NCBI GenBank assembly: GCA_963719515.1
Contig: CAVRCJ010000011.1
Coordinates: forward strand, 256,001 to 320,000
Source: an uncultured cyanobacterium
GTDB lineage: Bacteria; Cyanobacteriota; Cyanobacteriia; CAKZMO01
Direction: 5' to 3'
Length of the DNA: 64,000 nt
The notes under the pieces are model-generated. The model was given only the letters and a program-made list of their open reading frames with translations. It did not search any database and was not told where the DNA came from. The position numbers and the translations under genes are program-made. Shown here one piece after another: positions 22,149-33,434 of this stretch. Every line of letters begins with the position of its first letter. Positions within the stretch are counted from its first letter, which is position 1.

Positions 22149-22352
22149 GCGCCACACCCAAACATAAATAGGGGCCACCTGTCTACATCAAAATTAGAGC
22201 AGCGCGATCGCCAAGCACAAGAACCAAGCAACGACGAGACTAGCTAACGACACATCTGTGCGAGGCCGCGAGAAACAAAACCCTTATTCCGCAGGCATTG
22301 AGCCGAGAGACGAGCTGATGCCCTTCTACCACCCAAACTTCTAACACTCAAA

Positions 22353-24281
22353 TTACGAAAGATTGTGAATCGTAATAGGCTCTACCGCATCAGCCAGATC
22401 AAATCCGAACACTTTGGCATAAAAGTAGAGTTCCACATCCAGTGCCCGCTTAATATTCTCTGCCTTGCGAAATCCGTGCTGTTCGCCTTGAAATAAGACG
22501 TAGGCCACCGGCAGCCCCTTTTCTTTTAGGGCATCTACCATGACTTCTGCCTGATTTGGGGGGACAATCTTGTCTTCGTCCCCCTGCAGAAAAATGACTG
22601 GACAAGCCAGCTGATCTGTAAAGTGGATGGGCGATCGCTCTACATAGCGCGCCCTTTCCGCAGGGTAAGGGCCAATCAAGCTATCTAAATAGCGAGACTC
22701 AAACTTGTGAGTGTCTTTCGCTAGCGCTTCAGCATCGCTGACGCCATAGAAACTAGCGCCTGCCTTGAAAGTATTGCGAAAGGTGAGGGCCGCGAGGGTG
22801 GTATAGCCGCCCGCGCTGCCGCCATCAATCAGGAGACGATCGCCGTCAGCTTTGCCTTTATCCACCAGATACTGCGCCCCATTGACGCAGTCGTCCACAT
22901 CCACGATGCCCCAGCTGCCTTTGAGCCGCTCGCGGTACTCCCGGCCGTAGCCCGTACTGCCGCCGTAGTTCACGTCCAAAATCGCAATTCCCCGACTTGT
23001 CCAATACTGAATGCGTGGATCTAGCGCCGTAGACGTCGCGGCGGTAGGCCCCCCGTGAATCTTGACCAGCAGCGGCGGTAGTTCGTTCTCCGCCGCGACA
23101 AAATCCTGGTTTTTGGGGGCGTAGTAAAAGCCGTAGGCGGTTTTCCCTGCCGTTGTCGGAAACTCAACTGTCTCCGGTTCCGAAAGGTATCCGGGATCTA
23201 GCTCGATTTGGCTGGATCGCCTCAGTTCGTGAGTTTCCCCAGTCTCTAAGTCGAGCCTCACCGCCGCGCTAACGCGGGTTGAAGCCGTGCCAATAAAGGC
23301 CGCGCCCTCAGCATTCACCTGCAGTCCCCCCAGGCCGCTGTAGGGCACCTCAATCGGTTTAAGCGTCTGAGCGCTGGGGGTTAGCTCGGCAAACTGCTGC
23401 TTGCCGTCCTCAATGTAGGTACAAAGCAGGCTGTCAGCCGATCGAAAGCCGTAGGTCGACATGCGGAACACCCAGTGGGGCACCCCAAACTCAGCCGCGC
23501 GAGGGCAAATAGCGTCAATGGACCCATCTCCTGGGTTCCAGCGGTAGAGGTTCCACCAGTTGGTGCGATCGCTCACAAAGTAAAGCCGTCCATCGGGCGA
23601 CCACTGAGGCTGGACCACGGCTTCGCTGCGGCTACCGGCAACACGCTTGGCGGATCCTAGTGCCCCCGTCTCATCAATAGAAACAACCCACAGCTCCGTA
23701 CCGTCCCAGGGCATATCGGGATGATTCCAGCTGATCCAGCTGAGCTGAGTGCCGTCGGGGCTGAGGCGGGGAGAAGAGTAGAAGTCGCTGCCGACCACCA
23801 GCACCTGCTCCACTCCGTCCGACAGCGCAATGCCAACGAGAGTATTGACGGCTTCTCCGTCACCGCTGTGGTCCTCACGGACGCAGATCAGCCGCTGGCG
23901 AGCGGGGTCAAGCACCGCGTCGGCATACCGACAGCCGGTGTTGTCGGCGGTTAAAGGCGTAGGAGCGTCGCCAACAACCTGCCGGTAGAGCCGCTGGTCA
24001 GCATAGTTGGAGAAGTAGACAGTGCCCTGCTCAACGATGTAAGCGCCGCCGCCGTACTCATGCACCCGCGTGCGGACGTTGAATTCTGGCGGGGTAACGT
24101 CAAGAGGGCCGCTGGGCGATTGCCGGACGACCACGTAGCGTCCTCCTTCAGAAGGACGCCCCTCCAGCCAATACAGGTCGCTGCCGTCTAGCCGCACCTC
24201 CCCTAGTCGTATCGTGTTAGCCACAATCAGATCAGAGGTGATGGGAGATTTCCAAGACCCGTAGGGTGCAGTAGTCGCCAT
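22353..24281 (-). CDS. S9 family (prolyl oligopeptidase/acylaminoacyl) peptidase
   Basis: APYGSWKSPI, HGGPT, GGSAGGY nucleophile, QGDEDKIVPP, EQHGF. Confidence 0.93.
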   Translation of the reverse strand: MATTAPYGSWKSPITSDLIVANTIRLGEVRLDGSDLYWLEGRPSEGGRYVVVRQSPSGPLDVTPPEFNVRTRVHEYGGGAYIVEQGTVYFSNYADQRLYRQVVGDAPTPLTADNTGCRYADAVLDPARQRLICVREDHSGDGEAVNTLVGIALSDGVEQVLVVGSDFYSSPRLSPDGTQLSWISWNHPDMPWDGTELWVVSIDETGALGSAKRVAGSRSEAVVQPQWSPDGRLYFVSDRTNWWNLYRWNPGDGSIDAICPRAAEFGVPHWVFRMSTYGFRSADSLLCTYIEDGKQQFAELTPSAQTLKPIEVPYSGLGGLQVNAEGAAFIGTASTRVSAAVRLDLETGETHELRRSSQIELDPGYLSEPETVEFPTTAGKTAYGFYYAPKNQDFVAAENELPPLLVKIHGGPTAATSTALDPRIQYWTSRGIAILDVNYGGSTGYGREYRERLKGSWGIVDVDDCVNGAQYLVDKGKADGDRLLIDGGSAGGYTTLAALTFRNTFKAGASFYGVSDAEALAKDTHKFESRYLDSLIGPYPAERARYVERSPIHFTDQLACPVIFLQGDEDKIVPPNQAEVMVDALKEKGLPVAYVLFQGEQHGFRKAENIKRALDVELYFYAKVFGFDLADAVEPITIHNLS

Positions 24282-24397
24282 AGAAGTAAGCCGGGGTTAG
24301 AGGGGATGAGATTGACGCGCACGTCACGCCTATTGTAATTTTTCCGGATAGGCCATGACCTAGGCGAAGACTGTAATGGTAGATGCACCCTGATTCG

Positions 24398-24430
24398 GCC
24401 CTGAATGGATTTTCCGTTCAGGGCCTTTTC
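24398..24430 (+). terminator. Rho-independent terminator-like hairpin
   Basis: GGCCCTGAATGG-loop-CCGTTCAGGGCC followed by TTTT on the + strand. Confidence 0.55.
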
Positions 24431-24541
24431 TGTGTCTTTTACCAGGTCCCATCTCGATTGCGGGCGATTCAGCTTTTCACGAACAAGGGGAACAGCACGC
24501 TGCTCCCCTACAAATTTCACGCCCTATATTCGAAGCGTCAC

Positions 24542-25756
24542 CTAATGCTGGTGGTCTTGGTGAGAGTGGTCATGGCTGTGTCCATGATCGTGGCCGTGAC
24601 TATGCCCATGATCGTGACCGCCATTGTGGTCGTGGCTGTGGCTACGGTGCTGCTGCGCCTGGTGCGCCGCCAGCGCCCGGTTTACAGACATCGACTGCTC
24701 AGAGAGTAGCTCCTCAATGTGGCGATCGGCCCAGGACGCCGCCATGCGCATGAACTCGGGGTGGTCGTTGGCGCAGTCCATCTGAACGTAGGTCACTTCA
24801 GGATGCTGCTTACGCAGGTTCTCGATGATGTGCTCTACGTCCAGCAGGGTCTCGTGGTTCTCGGTGGCAAAACCGATGGGCATGAACACCAGCGACGTGG
24901 CTCCAAGATCAATCAGGTTACGAGCCGCCAGATCGGCGTTCGGCTGGGTCCATTTGATCATCGGAGTCTGGTGGTTAAGCCAGCCCACCGACACCAGCGG
25001 ATACTTGTAAATCAGCTCTTGCCGCACGCTCTCGTATAGGGCCTGACTTTCATCAATCCCAGAGGTAAAGCCCTTAGCTTCGTGGGGACAGCCATGGTTC
25101 ATCAGCACGATGCCGGTCTGGGAGGGCAGATGCGCTACGGCCAAGTCGCGGTGAATTTTCTCCTCTACCATGCGGGCCATCAGCGAGATGTAGGCCGGCT
25201 CGTTGTAGAAAGAAGGAATGTAGCGCGTCCCTTTGAGCCAGTGCTCTGGCCCATCGGCGAGGCTGGCCAAGGCGCTGTTCACCTGTTCCACTGCGATGCC
25301 GCTGGTAAAGATGGAGTCGACCACCAGCAGCGGGTAGATCAGCAGCTTGTCAAAGCCCTGGTCACGGATCGTCTCTAGCACCTGATCGGGGAGGTGAGGG
25401 GCGCAGAAGTTGAAGGCCTTGAACACAGAAACGCGATCGCCCCAGTTCTGCTTAAGCTCCTGCTCAATGCCGGCCCGCTGGCGCTCAAAAATAGCGTTGT
25501 GGGGAGAAATGAAGTTGCCGTGCTGGTGGCTCCACTCGTGCAGGTCGAACATCGCCAGCAGCTTAGCCAGAGGAGGGTAAATCCAGGTGGGAACCGGAGC
25601 AAACTTAGCCGTCAGCAGATTGAGAGCCTGCTCGTTGTAGTTTGCGAAGTCTTCGTAGCTCTCGACTTCGCCATAGCCCATTAGCAAAACCGCAACACGA
25701 TCCTGTGCGCTGTTGTCGGGGGCCATTGATTGTGGAGACTCGGGAGAAACAACCAC
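24542..25756 (-). CDS. Ferrochelatase-family chelatase with His-rich C-terminal tail
   Basis: VAVLLMGYG, IYPLL, NHGCP, PIGFATENHETLLD; C-terminal HSHSHDH repeats; no CAB domain; GTG start with AGAGG upstream. Confidence 0.85.
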   Translation of the reverse strand: MVVSPESPQSMAPDNSAQDRVAVLLMGYGEVESYEDFANYNEQALNLLTAKFAPVPTWIYPPLAKLLAMFDLHEWSHQHGNFISPHNAIFERQRAGIEQELKQNWGDRVSVFKAFNFCAPHLPDQVLETIRDQGFDKLLIYPLLVVDSIFTSGIAVEQVNSALASLADGPEHWLKGTRYIPSFYNEPAYISLMARMVEEKIHRDLAVAHLPSQTGIVLMNHGCPHEAKGFTSGIDESQALYESVRQELIYKYPLVSVGWLNHQTPMIKWTQPNADLAARNLIDLGATSLVFMPIGFATENHETLLDVEHIIENLRKQHPEVTYVQMDCANDHPEFMRMAASWADRHIEELLSEQSMSVNRALAAHQAQQHRSHSHDHNGGHDHGHSHGHDHGHSHDHSHQDHQH

Positions 25757-25883
25757 GCGTGAACCTCTTGGCAAATTTTCCCTCGTAGTCTAACATCCCC
25801 CCTCAGGGGACATGGCAGAACGTGACGCTTCATCACGGGACTGTATAATTTCTTGACGTGGAATGACAGGCCAGCGGCCAGGT

Positions 25884-26672
25884 TCAGCCGATGACGTGAT
25901 AACCATTAAGAGATTCAGCTGAATCTGACGCCTCAGCTGGGTATAGGGTCGCCGTTAAATACTGCTGCTTGACCCGCAGCAGTTTGCGGGCTGCCGCCAT
26001 CAAATCATCCTGAATAAACGTAGGCTGAAAGCGCGCCAGGTAAGCCCGACTGCGAATGCCACAGGTGAGGGCGACGGTGGAAATTTCTAGTCTGCGCCCC
26101 GCCAGGATGTCGGCCTCGGTGTCGCCAATCATCCAGGCGTGGTTGGGAGGACCGTAAATTTGGCAATACTCGCTCCAGCATCGCTTGAGTAAATCGGTTT
26201 TGTAGTCGGCGCTGTTGATGTAGGCGGCTCGCTTCTCCGGAGTTCCCAAAACCCGTTTGAACAGATGGGCAAGTCCATGCTCCTCAAGCAAGGACACGAC
26301 CTGTTCCTGATAGCGCAGCGTCACTAGCATCAAGTAGACATCCCGCTCATATAGCAGCGTCAACCCTTTTTTGGCGCTGGGGTGGAGGCAGTCGTGGTGC
26401 AGCAGGTCGGGGTGGTTAACGGTTTCCTCGACAAGCTGAAAAAACTGATCCATCTGGTGGGGCCTGACACCAGATTGCTGAGCAATATCCTTGTCGGGAA
26501 TGCGGTGCTGTTTGAGATACCAAAATCTAGCCTTGGTCAGCGGCTTCGTTGAGGGTTTATCAAGGCTCTCTAATGCACGACGATAGGTACTGTAGTAGCG
26601 ATCGGATACGTCAATAATGGGCCCATCAAAATCGCAAAAAACGGCAAACTTAGGGCATGGGGTGGGGATCAC
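25884..26672 (-). CDS. HAD family hydrolase
   Basis: FCDFDGPIID motif I, WMIGDTEADI motif IV; start uncertain (ORF is open to 26771). Confidence 0.85.
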   Translation of the reverse strand: MIPTPCPKFAVFCDFDGPIIDVSDRYYSTYRRALESLDKPSTKPLTKARFWYLKQHRIPDKDIAQQSGVRPHQMDQFFQLVEETVNHPDLLHHDCLHPSAKKGLTLLYERDVYLMLVTLRYQEQVVSLLEEHGLAHLFKRVLGTPEKRAAYINSADYKTDLLKRCWSEYCQIYGPPNHAWMIGDTEADILAGRRLEISTVALTCGIRSRAYLARFQPTFIQDDLMAAARKLLRVKQQYLTATLYPAEASDSAESLNGYHVIG

Positions 26673-26973
26673 ATTGAGCGCTCTTGAACGGTGAGTAGCA
26701 GGAGGCGACCAGGCCTGAATAATTGGGCGTGGCGCTCTCGCTGAGCAACATACCCTAACCAATACTGGCATAAACTTACAGCGGCGGCTCTTGCGATCGC
26801 GCTAGCTACACCATGTCTTAATTTTTAGGGCATGGGGAAGGGCTGTGGCGCTAGGGAGATGACGCGATGGAAGACGACTGGCATTTTCCCCACAGGTTAC
26901 CCTAGAGTTAGCTCATTTTATTATCAGATCGACCGCGTTCAGGTTTGTTTAGTCGTTAGCTGAGGATGTTGTT

Positions 26974-28068
26974 ATGGTGGCTGCCCCCTCCAAATCCCAA
27001 GGGTCCATTCAGTCCATTGAGTCCTACTTGGGCAAAGAAGCCGAAAGCCTGCTGACCCATCAGGCCAAAGTCTCTAAAGATTTGCTGCATCTACCCGGTT
27101 CCGACTGGATTGAGCGCATCTTTTTGCAGAGCGATCGCAGTCCGCAGGTGCTGCGCAGCCTACAGCAGCTCTATAGCGCCGGGCGGCTGGCCAACACGGG
27201 CTACCTGTCTATTCTACCGGTGGACCAGGGCATCGAGCATTCAGCCGCCGCGTCGTTTGCCCCCAACCCGATGTACTTCGACAGCGAAAACATCGTCAAG
27301 CTGGCGCTCGAGGGGGGCTGCAACGCTGTAGCGACGACTTTAGGGGTGCTGGGCACCGTCTCTCGCCGCTACGCCCACCGCATTCCCTTCATCGTCAAGC
27401 TCAACCACAGCGAGCTGCTCACCTTCCCGAACGAAAACAACCAAATTTTCTTCGGTTCGGTTGAGCAGGCCTGGAACTTAGGGGCCGTGGCCATTGGAGC
27501 GACCATCTACTTCGGCTCTTCCGAGTCGAATCGTCAAATCCAAGAGGTCAGCCGCGCCTTTGCCCGCGCCCACGAGCTGGGAATGGCGACGATTTTGTGG
27601 TGCTACCTGCGCAACGACGCCTTTAAGCAGGACAAAGACTACCACCTGTCGGCTGACCTGACGGGTCAGGCCAACCATTTAGGGGTCACTATCGGGGCGG
27701 ACATCATTAAGCAAAAGCTGCCCATGAACAACGGCGGCTATCAGGCGGTGGCACAAGCCACAGGGCAAAAGTATGGCCGTACGGATGAGCGGGTGTACAG
27801 CGAGCTGTCAAGCGATCACCCTATTGATTTGACCCGCTACCAGGTTCTCAACTGCTACGCAGGCCGAGCTGGGCTAATCAACTCAGGGGGGTCATCGGGG
27901 GAGAGTGACTTTGCCGAAGCGGTGCGCACCGCCGTCATCAACAAGCGGGCGGGGGGCTGCGGCCTGATCTCGGGGCGGAAAACGTTCCAGCGTCCCTTTG
28001 AGGAAGGCGTCAAGCTATTCCACGCCATCCAAGACGTCTATCTCTCATCCGATGTAACGATTGCCTGA
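26974..28068 (+). CDS. fbaB: Class I fructose-bisphosphate aldolase
   Basis: [29 protein letters not shown]. Confidence 0.95.
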   Translation: MVAAPSKSQGSIQSIESYLGKEAESLLTHQAKVSKDLLHLPGSDWIERIFLQSDRSPQVLRSLQQLYSAGRLANTGYLSILPVDQGIEHSAAASFAPNPMYFDSENIVKLALEGGCNAVATTLGVLGTVSRRYAHRIPFIVKLNHSELLTFPNENNQIFFGSVEQAWNLGAVAIGATIYFGSSESNRQIQEVSRAFARAHELGMATILWCYLRNDAFKQDKDYHLSADLTGQANHLGVTIGADIIKQKLPMNNGGYQAVAQATGQKYGRTDERVYSELSSDHPIDLTRYQVLNCYAGRAGLINSGGSSGESDFAEAVRTAVINKRAGGCGLISGRKTFQRPFEEGVKLFHAIQDVYLSSDVTIA

Positions 28069-28245
28069 CATTTATTGTTCCAGTTCAGTCGCTGAAGTAC
28101 CCTAGTTTGGACGTGATTTAAATATCATTTAAATAGGCTGCAGCACAGCGCAATGGCGTTACCTAAATCCCACGGTATCGGCCTGGAGCTGTGCTGCAGT
28201 GCCTTTCTAGGGCGGCGATAACGATTTAGGAGCAGGGTAATCGAC

Positions 28246-29409
28246 ATGATGTTGGCAGCACGACTGGAGCAAGTTCAACCCTCATTGACGCTGGCAATCA
28301 CGGCTAGGGCGAATGCCATGAAGGCTGAGGGTAAAGACATCTGCAGTTTTACCGCTGGAGAGCCCGATTTTGATACCCCTGCTCACGTGCGTCAGGCCGC
28401 CAAGCAAGCCCTCGACGACGGCAAGACACGCTATGGCGCGGTGGCTGGGGAGCTAGGTCTACGGCAGGCGATCGCCCGCAAGCTACAGCGCGACAACGGG
28501 TTGAACTACTCCCTCGACAATATTGCCGTCACCAACGGCGGGAAGCAGTCGCTCTACAACTTGATAATGGCGACCATCGAGCCTGGGGACGAGGTGATTA
28601 TTCCTAGCCCCTACTGGGTGAGCTATCCCGAGATGGTGAAGCTTGCCGGCGGGACACCGGTCATCGTGCCCACCACTGAAGAGACAGGGTTTCGGATCAC
28701 CCCAGCCCAGCTGCGCCAGGCGATTACACCCAAGACCAAGCTGTTTGTTCTCAACTCGCCGTCCAACCCCACCGGTATGGTCTACCCCCCGGACCACATT
28801 CGTCAGCTGGCTGAGGTGGTGCTAGAGTCCAACGCTTGGGTTGTGTCGGACGAAATCTACGAGAAGATTCTCTACGATGGGGCGCAGCATCTGAGCATTG
28901 CCGCCGCCCATCCGCAGATGCGCGATCGCGCTATCATCAGCAACGGCTTTGCGAAAGCCTACGCCATGACCGGCTGGCGCATCGGCTATCTGGTGGCCCC
29001 CCCGTCTATCATCAAGGCCGCGACCACCCTTCAAGGGCACAGCACCTCCAACGTCTGCACCTTTGCCCAGTACGGGGCGATCGCGGCTTTAGAAGAGTCT
29101 CAAGACTGCGTAGAGGAGATGAGAGCAGCCTTTGCCGAGCGGCGACGGGTAATGCTCGAGGGCATAAACGCCATGCCCGGACTCACCTGCCTTGAGCCTA
29201 ACGGCGCATTTTACCTGTTTCCAAGTATCCAGGAGACCGGCCTCTCCTCTCTGGAGTTCTGTACAAAGCTCTTAGACTCATACCACGTCGCCGGAATTCC
29301 CGGCATTGCTTTCGGGGCTGACAGCTATATTCGCTTATCCTACGCCACCGGCCTCAGCGAAATTCACAAAGGATTAGAGCGGCTGTCGACCTTCGTTCAA
29401 ACCCTGTAG
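28246..29409 (+). CDS. aspC: PLP-dependent aminotransferase class I (aspartate aminotransferase)
   Basis: [34 protein letters not shown]. Confidence 0.88.
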   Translation: MMLAARLEQVQPSLTLAITARANAMKAEGKDICSFTAGEPDFDTPAHVRQAAKQALDDGKTRYGAVAGELGLRQAIARKLQRDNGLNYSLDNIAVTNGGKQSLYNLIMATIEPGDEVIIPSPYWVSYPEMVKLAGGTPVIVPTTEETGFRITPAQLRQAITPKTKLFVLNSPSNPTGMVYPPDHIRQLAEVVLESNAWVVSDEIYEKILYDGAQHLSIAAAHPQMRDRAIISNGFAKAYAMTGWRIGYLVAPPSIIKAATTLQGHSTSNVCTFAQYGAIAALEESQDCVEEMRAAFAERRRVMLEGINAMPGLTCLEPNGAFYLFPSIQETGLSSLEFCTKLLDSYHVAGIPGIAFGADSYIRLSYATGLSEIHKGLERLSTFVQTL

Positions 29410-29502
29410 ACAATTTCCGCTTCCTCAAAAACTGTCACTAAACTTCCGCCAGAGTGGTGGGGGTTCCCTACTATAAGAGACCCGTTTACAGCGCTTAGAA
29501 CA

Positions 29503-29919
29503 ATGATGATTAGACTCTGTGCCCTCGCTGCTAGCACCCTCATACTGCTGCCGCTGCCTGCTTGGGCTCAAACCGAAACAGAAGCGGGTAAGACCCAGTT
29601 TGAGCTCTTCGAAGAAATTTCGTTTTCTGACCCCAACGTGGTCTCTCAGGGCGTCTTAGCGGACATCGAGAGCGATCCTAACTTCGTCGGGGACTTTCAG
29701 GTTATTTTTGACAGGGCGTTCAATATTCTAGAGGGCTACACCCTGGTGCAGCGAGGGGGATATTTCCCGGAGAATGCAGGTATTTCTCGGGAGCAGCAGC
29801 TGACCGCGACTCAGGCAATCTACCACGTATTTGAGCTAGAGAACGGCAACCGACTGACGCTGTACCGCTCGCCGACCGAAGATACCTCACGCTATTTTAT
29901 TCAGGAACTGCCTGAGTAG
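29503..29919 (+). CDS. Hypothetical secreted protein
   Basis: Signal peptide (LPAWA/Q); 138 aa. Confidence 0.7.
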   Translation: MMIRLCALAASTLILLPLPAWAQTETEAGKTQFELFEEISFSDPNVVSQGVLADIESDPNFVGDFQVIFDRAFNILEGYTLVQRGGYFPENAGISREQQLTATQAIYHVFELENGNRLTLYRSPTEDTSRYFIQELPE

Positions 29920-30022
29920 AAGCGGCTCTAAAGGGCCTCAAGCCTAAATCGCCCCAAACCTAGGGCAGCCAGTCCAACGCCGAAATAGTGGCAGAATAGC
30001 GGAGGTCGTTTCGGTCATTCCC

Positions 30023-30688
30023 ATGCCCTCCATCACCCACGTGATTTTTGATGTCGACGGGCTCCTCCTTGACACGGAGCCCCTAATTGCGGCGATCGCT
30101 CAAACGATTGCGGAGCGGTACGGCAAGCTGTTGGACCGCGATACGCTGGTAGAAACCGGTGGCCGCAACGCGCGGGATTCTGCCCGCATCTTGATCGACC
30201 GGCTGGCGCTGCCCCTTACCCTAGAAGCGTACCTGGCGGAAAAAGCGGTGCTGGTGCAGCAAATTTATCCCAAAGCGAAAGCCAAGCCAGGAGCGCAGGC
30301 GCTGGTGCAGCACCTGCAGGCACAGGGCATTCCCCAGGCGATCGCCACTAGCTCAGCGCGTCACCACTTTGAGCTTAAGAGCCAGGGACACGCCTGGTTT
30401 GAGCTGTTTGACTGCGTGGTGACGGGAGAAGATTCTGCCGTTCGCGCTGGCAAGCCCGCGCCGGACATTTTTTTGGTGGCGGCAGAGCGTCTGGGGGCGT
30501 CGCCACCCAATTGCCTGGTCATAGAAGACTCCTTAGCGGGGGTGACGGCGGCGAAAGCGGCGGGCATGAGGGTGGTAGCAGTGCCCGAGCTGTCAGAATA
30601 CGCTGGCCAGTACGGTGAGGCTGACCGGATCTTGACTTCCCTAACAGAATTTAGGCCCCAAGACTGGGGGCTACCGCCGCTGCGGTGA
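30023..30688 (+). CDS. HAD-IA family phosphatase
   Basis: IFDVDGLLLDTE, ATSS, GKPAPDIF, EDSLAG. Confidence 0.9.
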   Translation: MPSITHVIFDVDGLLLDTEPLIAAIAQTIAERYGKLLDRDTLVETGGRNARDSARILIDRLALPLTLEAYLAEKAVLVQQIYPKAKAKPGAQALVQHLQAQGIPQAIATSSARHHFELKSQGHAWFELFDCVVTGEDSAVRAGKPAPDIFLVAAERLGASPPNCLVIEDSLAGVTAAKAAGMRVVAVPELSEYAGQYGEADRILTSLTEFRPQDWGLPPLR

Positions 30689-30703
30689 TTTCAGAGTGCA
30701 GCG

Positions 30704-32188
30704 TCAGCCGTCCAGCTTCTTTTTCAAAAGCTGATTCGTAAGCTTCGGGTCTGCTTTACCCCGAGACTGCTTCATCACCTGACCCACAAAGAAGCCCAGC
30801 AGCTTAGTTTTACCGCCGCGATACTTCTCTAGCTCGTCGGGGTGAGCGGCAATCACCTCATCGATGATAGGCTCGATGACGCCGGGGTCCGACACCTGCA
30901 CCAGACCTTTCTTCTCCACTAGGGCCTTGGGCGAACCCCCTTTTTCCAGCAGCTCAGGCAGGAGATCTTTCCCGATTTTGTTGCTAATCGTTCCTTGATC
31001 GATCAAGCCCACCAGCTCAGCCAGCCCCTCAGGAGTAAGCGCCAGCTCCTCCACGGCCTGCTTTGTCTTGTTGAGGTGTGCCCCAATATCTTGGGTAATC
31101 CAGTTGGCTACTAGCTTGGGGGTCCCTCCTGCTGCGACAGCAGCTTCAAAGTACTGCGCAATGGAGGCATCGTCTGTCAGCACCCGCGCATCGTAGGCCG
31201 ACAGGTCTAGCTCCCCTTCGTAGCGAAGTCGCTTTTGGGCAGGCAGCTCGGGCAGCTCCGATTTCCACTGGTCACGCTGAGCATCTGACACCTCAATTGG
31301 CCCCAGATCAGGTTCAGGGAAGTAGCGGTAGTCGCTCGCCCCTTCCTTCGTGCGCATCGTAGACGTCTGCTGCGAAGACTCATCCCACAGCCGCGTCTCC
31401 TGGATGATCTCTTCTCCGGCCTCCACCGCCGCAATCTGCCGCTCAATCTCGTAATCGATGGCGCGGGCGATCGCGTTGAAGGAGTTCATGTTTTTGATCT
31501 CCACCTTGGTGCCAAACTTCTCTCGGCCCACGGGACGCACGGAGATATTGACGTCGCAGCGCAGCGACCCCTCCTGCATGTTGCCGTCGCTCACCCCTAG
31601 GTAGCGCACGATGCGCCGCAGCTCCTGGGCGTATTCCGCCGCTTCTTCCCCAGAGCGGATGTCGGGCTCGGAGACGATTTCGACTAGGGGTACGCCTGCC
31701 CGGTTGTAGTCCACCAGGGAGAAGGTAGACCCCGCAAGGCGATCGCTGCCGCCATGGACTAGCTTGCCCGCGTCTTCCTCCATGTGCAGCCGGGTGATGC
31801 CGATGCGCTTACGCTTAGGACTACCGTCCTCGTCCATCAGCTCAATTTCTAGCCAGCCGTGCTCGGCGATGGGCAAGTCGTACTGGGAGATTTGATAGTT
31901 TTTAGGCAGGTCAGGGTAGAAGTACTGCTTGCGGTCAAACTTGCTGTAGGGGGCGATTTGACAGTTGAGCGCTAGCCCTGCCTTTACGGCGTATTCCAGC
32001 ACTTTTTCGTTGAGAACAGGCAGCACCCCGGGCAGCCCCATGCAGATGGGGTCGATGTTGGTGTTGGGGTCGGCCCCAAAATCGGTGGGGCTGGTGGAGA
32101 AAATTTTGGTTTGGGTGCTGAGCTGGCAGTGGGTCTCAAGACCAATGACGGCTTCGTACTCGGTTTTGGCAGGGGCAGCGGTGGTCAT
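30704..32188 (-). CDS. gatB: Asp/Glu-tRNA amidotransferase subunit B
   Basis: [39 protein letters not shown]. Confidence 0.97.
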   Translation of the reverse strand: MTTAAPAKTEYEAVIGLETHCQLSTQTKIFSTSPTDFGADPNTNIDPICMGLPGVLPVLNEKVLEYAVKAGLALNCQIAPYSKFDRKQYFYPDLPKNYQISQYDLPIAEHGWLEIELMDEDGSPKRKRIGITRLHMEEDAGKLVHGGSDRLAGSTFSLVDYNRAGVPLVEIVSEPDIRSGEEAAEYAQELRRIVRYLGVSDGNMQEGSLRCDVNISVRPVGREKFGTKVEIKNMNSFNAIARAIDYEIERQIAAVEAGEEIIQETRLWDESSQQTSTMRTKEGASDYRYFPEPDLGPIEVSDAQRDQWKSELPELPAQKRLRYEGELDLSAYDARVLTDDASIAQYFEAAVAAGGTPKLVANWITQDIGAHLNKTKQAVEELALTPEGLAELVGLIDQGTISNKIGKDLLPELLEKGGSPKALVEKKGLVQVSDPGVIEPIIDEVIAAHPDELEKYRGGKTKLLGFFVGQVMKQSRGKADPKLTNQLLKKKLDG

Positions 32189-32294
32189 AAGCGCGGCTCG
32201 GCTAACGTCGGCAGGGCCTCTATTATAGCCCGTTGCCGATAGAGATAATGCGAGCGGAGGCAGTCGTAAGAGGAAAGGCCTCTTTGCTTACCGC

Positions 32295-33269
32295 TCAGGT
32301 CTGAGTCGTTGCCGCTTTCGCCCCCGCCCCAGCTCGGGGCGCTTCCGCTCGCACCGCCCGAAACATCCCAAACCGACACAGCCCCGCACCAAACGCTAGC
32401 CGCATCAGCAGCAGCGTCGGCACCTCTCGCACCGACTTCAAAAAGCCGGTCACCCCGTAGCGTATCCAGCCCTGGGGCTTGATGATTCCCTGCCAAATCG
32501 TATCGAGCCAGGAGGGCAGCGTTTCAGCGGTCCAGTCGGCGGTCACCACCTCGCCTTCTACAAAACCCGTCTCCTCCAGGCGTTCCGCAAACCCCTCAAT
32601 GCTCGAGAATGCCGGGTGCGCCCACTGGTCCAGCAGCTGCCGCATCACCGGGCGCTCCCACCCATTCAGCGGCACCTGGCGATCGTCCCGCTGGTTCCAA
32701 TCCGCCACTACCAGCACCCCGCCTGGCTTCAGCACCCGCAGCAGCTCTCGGGCAAACAGGGCCTTATCCGGCATGTGCGGCCCCGCCTCCACAGACCACA
32801 CCACATCAAAGCTGGCGTCAGGAAACGACAGCGCCATGGCGTCGTCCACCGCAAACCGCGCCGTCACCCCCTCTGGCGTTAGCGCCTGGGCTCGGCTCAC
32901 CTGGCGAGGGCTGATGGTAATGCCCGTTGCGTCAAAGCCATATTGCGCCAGGATACGGGTGCTGCCGCCAATGCCGCAGCCCACGTCTAGCAGGGTTTTT
33001 CCAGAAGGTAGCTTATCCAAACCGCCCCAGCGCACCATCTCATGGACAAAGTCAGACTTGGCCTTAAGGAAGTCTTTTTGGCGCGGCGGTGAGCCGTAAT
33101 GCCCCAGGTGAATATGCTCTCCCCAATAAAACTCGAGAATGCCGTCATCAGTCCACTGGTCGTAAGAAGCCGCCACCGTGTCGGAAGACTGGTAGCGACG
33201 GGCGGTGATCAAGTAGAGGGCGATGCCAGCGGCAGGGAGGCCAAGAAGGAGGGCTAAAACGAGGCTCAT
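32295..33269 (-). CDS. SAM-dependent methyltransferase, MPBQ/MSBQ (tocopherol/plastoquinone) type
   Basis: GILEFYWGEHIHLGHYG, LDVGCGIGGS, WSVEAGPHMPDK. Confidence 0.85.
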   Translation of the reverse strand: MSLVLALLLGLPAAGIALYLITARRYQSSDTVAASYDQWTDDGILEFYWGEHIHLGHYGSPPRQKDFLKAKSDFVHEMVRWGGLDKLPSGKTLLDVGCGIGGSTRILAQYGFDATGITISPRQVSRAQALTPEGVTARFAVDDAMALSFPDASFDVVWSVEAGPHMPDKALFARELLRVLKPGGVLVVADWNQRDDRQVPLNGWERPVMRQLLDQWAHPAFSSIEGFAERLEETGFVEGEVVTADWTAETLPSWLDTIWQGIIKPQGWIRYGVTGFLKSVREVPTLLLMRLAFGAGLCRFGMFRAVRAEAPRAGAGAKAATTQT

Positions 33270-33434
33270 TGCGGTGCTGCTTTAATATTTCTTGATAATG
33301 CTGTTTATTATTGTGGAAGCTGACCCAGACTTTAGCAAGGACAAATCTAGTCGCTATTGAGCCGAGCTGGCACCGCAGCCCACTCGTCTTCTAAGATTCA
33401 GTCAGGCCAATCCAGCAGCTAACCCCTTATCCTA

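Noticed and set aside
28138..28199. 12-bp inverted repeat CTGCAGCACAGC/GCTGTGCTGCAG upstream of the aminotransferase as a riboswitch or MITE
   Set aside because: No recognisable aptamer motif, no TSD and no second copy in the window
32479..33099. 206-aa + strand ORF
   Set aside because: Antisense shadow of the methyltransferase
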